A stretch of DNA of 63,029 nucleotides, filler included, from Sphacelaria rigidula (lineage: Eukaryota), in the NCBI GenBank assembly GCA_964200075.2. It is 7 parts of 7 records of this genome, joined end to end, with 100 filler letters (N's around TTAATTAATTAA, not from the genome) between each part and the next. Parts side by side here need not be neighbours in the genome. Positions count along the whole stretch, not along the records: positions 54,113 to 63,029 come from CAXNAA020009761.1; 6 more parts are not named here. The stretch is one strand, 5' to 3'. The notes under the pieces are model-generated. The model was not told the origin of the DNA. It ran no database searches and saw only the letters and a list, made by a program, of their open reading frames with translations. Shown one piece after another: positions 60,832 through 63,029 of this stretch (positions are counted from its first letter, which is position 1; each line of letters begins with the position of its first letter). The translations under genes and the position numbers were made by a program.

Positions 60832-61090
60832 GAGCAGTGCTACGGTAGGGGTGCACTTTTTGTGCGAAATCTTATCTGGTTCAGGGGCTCCTAACGGTTC
60901 TAGATGTACAAGAATATGGGTCAGCACATCCCCGTTTGCTCATTCATTCGGGACACATCCCCAGCACATTGGAATAGTAATCCGGGCGTACTCTCACATA
61001 TTTTCATAAGTCGTGTTTTGGATGAGATCAAGAGCTCCTCACATTTCTAACCTCAGAAAATATTTGTGCATCCGTACCGTAGCACCACTC
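60832..61090. mobile_element. Second copy of the same MITE (inverted), 4-bp TSD TGGA
   Basis: GAGCAGTGCTACGGTAGGGGTGCAC ... GTGCATCCGTACCGTAGCACCACTC, with TGGA at 60828-60831 and at 61091-61094. The body is the reverse complement of the 57393-57648 copy. Confidence 0.85.
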
Positions 61091-61491
61091 TGGAACACGC
61101 CGGGAACGACCTGCTTGGCATTTTTGTTGCCCTATTCCACCCCAATTGAGCACATGGGCTGAAAACACACGATGTTAGCCATCTGCGGCTCAACCATCAT
61201 CTCACGGGGTCCATCGGGAGAACCATGTACAAGAGAAATGAGAATACAACAGCAAAAAAATGACGAACTCCTTCAGCATTGCAGCCTATGGACAGTACAA
61301 AATTGTCGCCAAATGTGAAGGCCGTTGTGGGCGCAAGAGTACCTTCTCCCTCCTATGCATGCACATGCACGCGCAGGGTTGCTCATACATGTGGCCGTCC
61401 CCGCCTTCGAATCCCATGTACGATTACACCCGTGAAAAACGACCACCTTCATGTTGTTTCGCATATGGACGACGCTAGAGGTTGTTCATCA

Positions 61492-61969
61492 GGCCGCTTC
61501 TCATAGTCAGAAAACGGACTTTCTGAGAACTGCCCTTTTTGAGCATTTGATCGCGGATTTTGGGCGAAATAAGGGCCTTGGAGGACTGGGCCTCCTCTGA
61601 AAGATTTGCTGTGCTTTCCAACAGGGCTCTAGCACACTTTCCCTATGTTTCGTACGCCCAGTTTTACTCTTGGTTGGATTCCCCACTTTTTCAGTCGCCC
61701 CCAAAATCTTTGAGTTGTCGGGAAGAACACGCACTTTTCCCCGACGACCCGAAAAATTTGGGACGACCGAAAAATTCGGGAATCCGGCCAAAAGTAAAAC
61801 TGGGCGCACGAAAGATGGGAAAAGTGTTCTAGAATTCTCTTGGAAAGCATAGCACATCTTTCAGAGGAGGCCCAATCCGCCAAGGCCCGTATTTCGCCCA
61901 AAATCCGCGATCAAAGGCTCAGAAAGGGCAGTTCTCAGAGAGTCTGTTTTCTGAATATGAGGAATGGTC
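61492..61969. mobile_element. 478-bp fully palindromic foldback MITE, probable 3-bp TSD TCA (PIF/Harbinger-Tourist-like)
   Basis: Arms of about 230 bp pair end to end around a short loop near 61730. The ORFs 61560+ and 61629- give near-identical peptides on opposite strands. The ends are GGCC... and ...GGTC, flanked by TCA at 61489-61491 and 61970-61972. Confidence 0.8.
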
Positions 61970-63029
61970 TCAGGCTCAAAGAGAAAAACGTACGAGCGGG
62001 GCCTGCCTCAACGCTGAAATTCCTTTCACCCGACATATTTCAAGAACCACGGCAACACATCGCGAAGTAAGTATACCTCCGTGATCGGGGGGTCGCCTCG
62101 CGTGTGCTCTGACAGCTCTTGATATACTGAAAAGTGTCCACACAAGAGAAAATATCGTGTGCCAAAAATGTACCGAGTTTCAAGTACAGGGCGACACGGT
62201 GGTCTGATTGTCAGACTGTCACCATCCGGGTGCAGAGAACACGGATTCCACTCCTGCCAGATGCATATATCTTTTTCTTCGAAATATTTGATCCCCATCG
62301 TCACATCAAAGCTGTCGTAGTACGTGGAAAAATCGCTCATACTATCCATTGCAATGCACCATTTTTGTTCGCAACTCACGTAAATATTTTGCGCCGCCGG
62401 GCTCGGCACCAGAAAGGTCCCGCAATAATACTGTTCCGGAAGAAGGCGTGGTAGCCAGGGGAATGCTACATGTAGTACTGTACAAAAAGTGCAATGCATG
62501 TGGTGGGAGTGTGAGACTCGTGCACACAGATAACACCGACCCAGCGGGTAACCTCATGCTGCGCGGACGTCCAAGGTATTTCATCGTGCCGTCATAACTA
62601 TCATACGTGGCGGAATCACCGGCACTTATTCCTCCCGGCCGAATATTCGGACACGTGCTGTGCTTGACCTAGTATATTGCCGGCACGCGACTTCTCTGTT
62701 TAGTCACTCTCTGTCGGCACAAGATCATTTTTTCATCACTCTCTGAACCCCTCCCCTTCCTCGGGACGAGTCCGTGGTCTAATGGTCTAATGGTCTCGAG
62801 GGATCAACTCATCTCTTCTGACGTCCTTATGCTTTCGACGGTGGAAATCATATTCCTAGGGCTATGAATGGCAGCTCTGACCAGTTTAGTTCAAACTGGC
62901 GGCGCCAGCGGCCAGTACATACATGTTTGCCCAGCTATATGTATGCCCCGAGCTGCGCAACGCCCCCCCCCCCCCCACTGGTGAAGGGGGCTTGCGAGAG
63001 CGCCGGCAAAGGCAATAGAGGGAAAAGAA

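Overview
This is eukaryotic, intron-rich nuclear DNA. It is very probably from a brown alga (Phaeophyceae), inferred from the EsV-1-7 repeat gene, an IspF-like MEP-pathway exon and the long introns. The window is not one locus. It is seven unrelated contigs (1-8919, 9020-17938, 18039-26957, 27058-35976, 36077-44994, 45095-54012, 54113-63029; lengths 8919, 8919, 8919, 8919, 8918, 8918, 8917), sorted by size and joined by an artificial 100-bp linker N44-TTAATTAATTAA-N44. Genes reconstructed by hand from exon translation and splice phase are: partial SKI2 RNA helicase (6 exons, two consecutive GC-AG introns), the 3' part of SF3B3 (8 exons), the 3' part of a NUB1-like UBA protein (3 exons), an IspF-like terminal exon, and a frameshifted gene with about 16 tandem EsV-1-7 Cys/His repeats. 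The rest is dominated by transposable elements: TA-flanked TIR elements, GAG...CTC MITEs with 4-bp TSDs (Sola-like), a fully palindromic foldback MITE, two tRNA-derived SINE families, and a short repeat family that abuts G/C homopolymers. I see no CRISPR array, operon or prokaryote-type defence system, and no clearly new biological system. The best leads are the EsV-1-7 array, the G-run-associated short element and the GC-AG intron pair.
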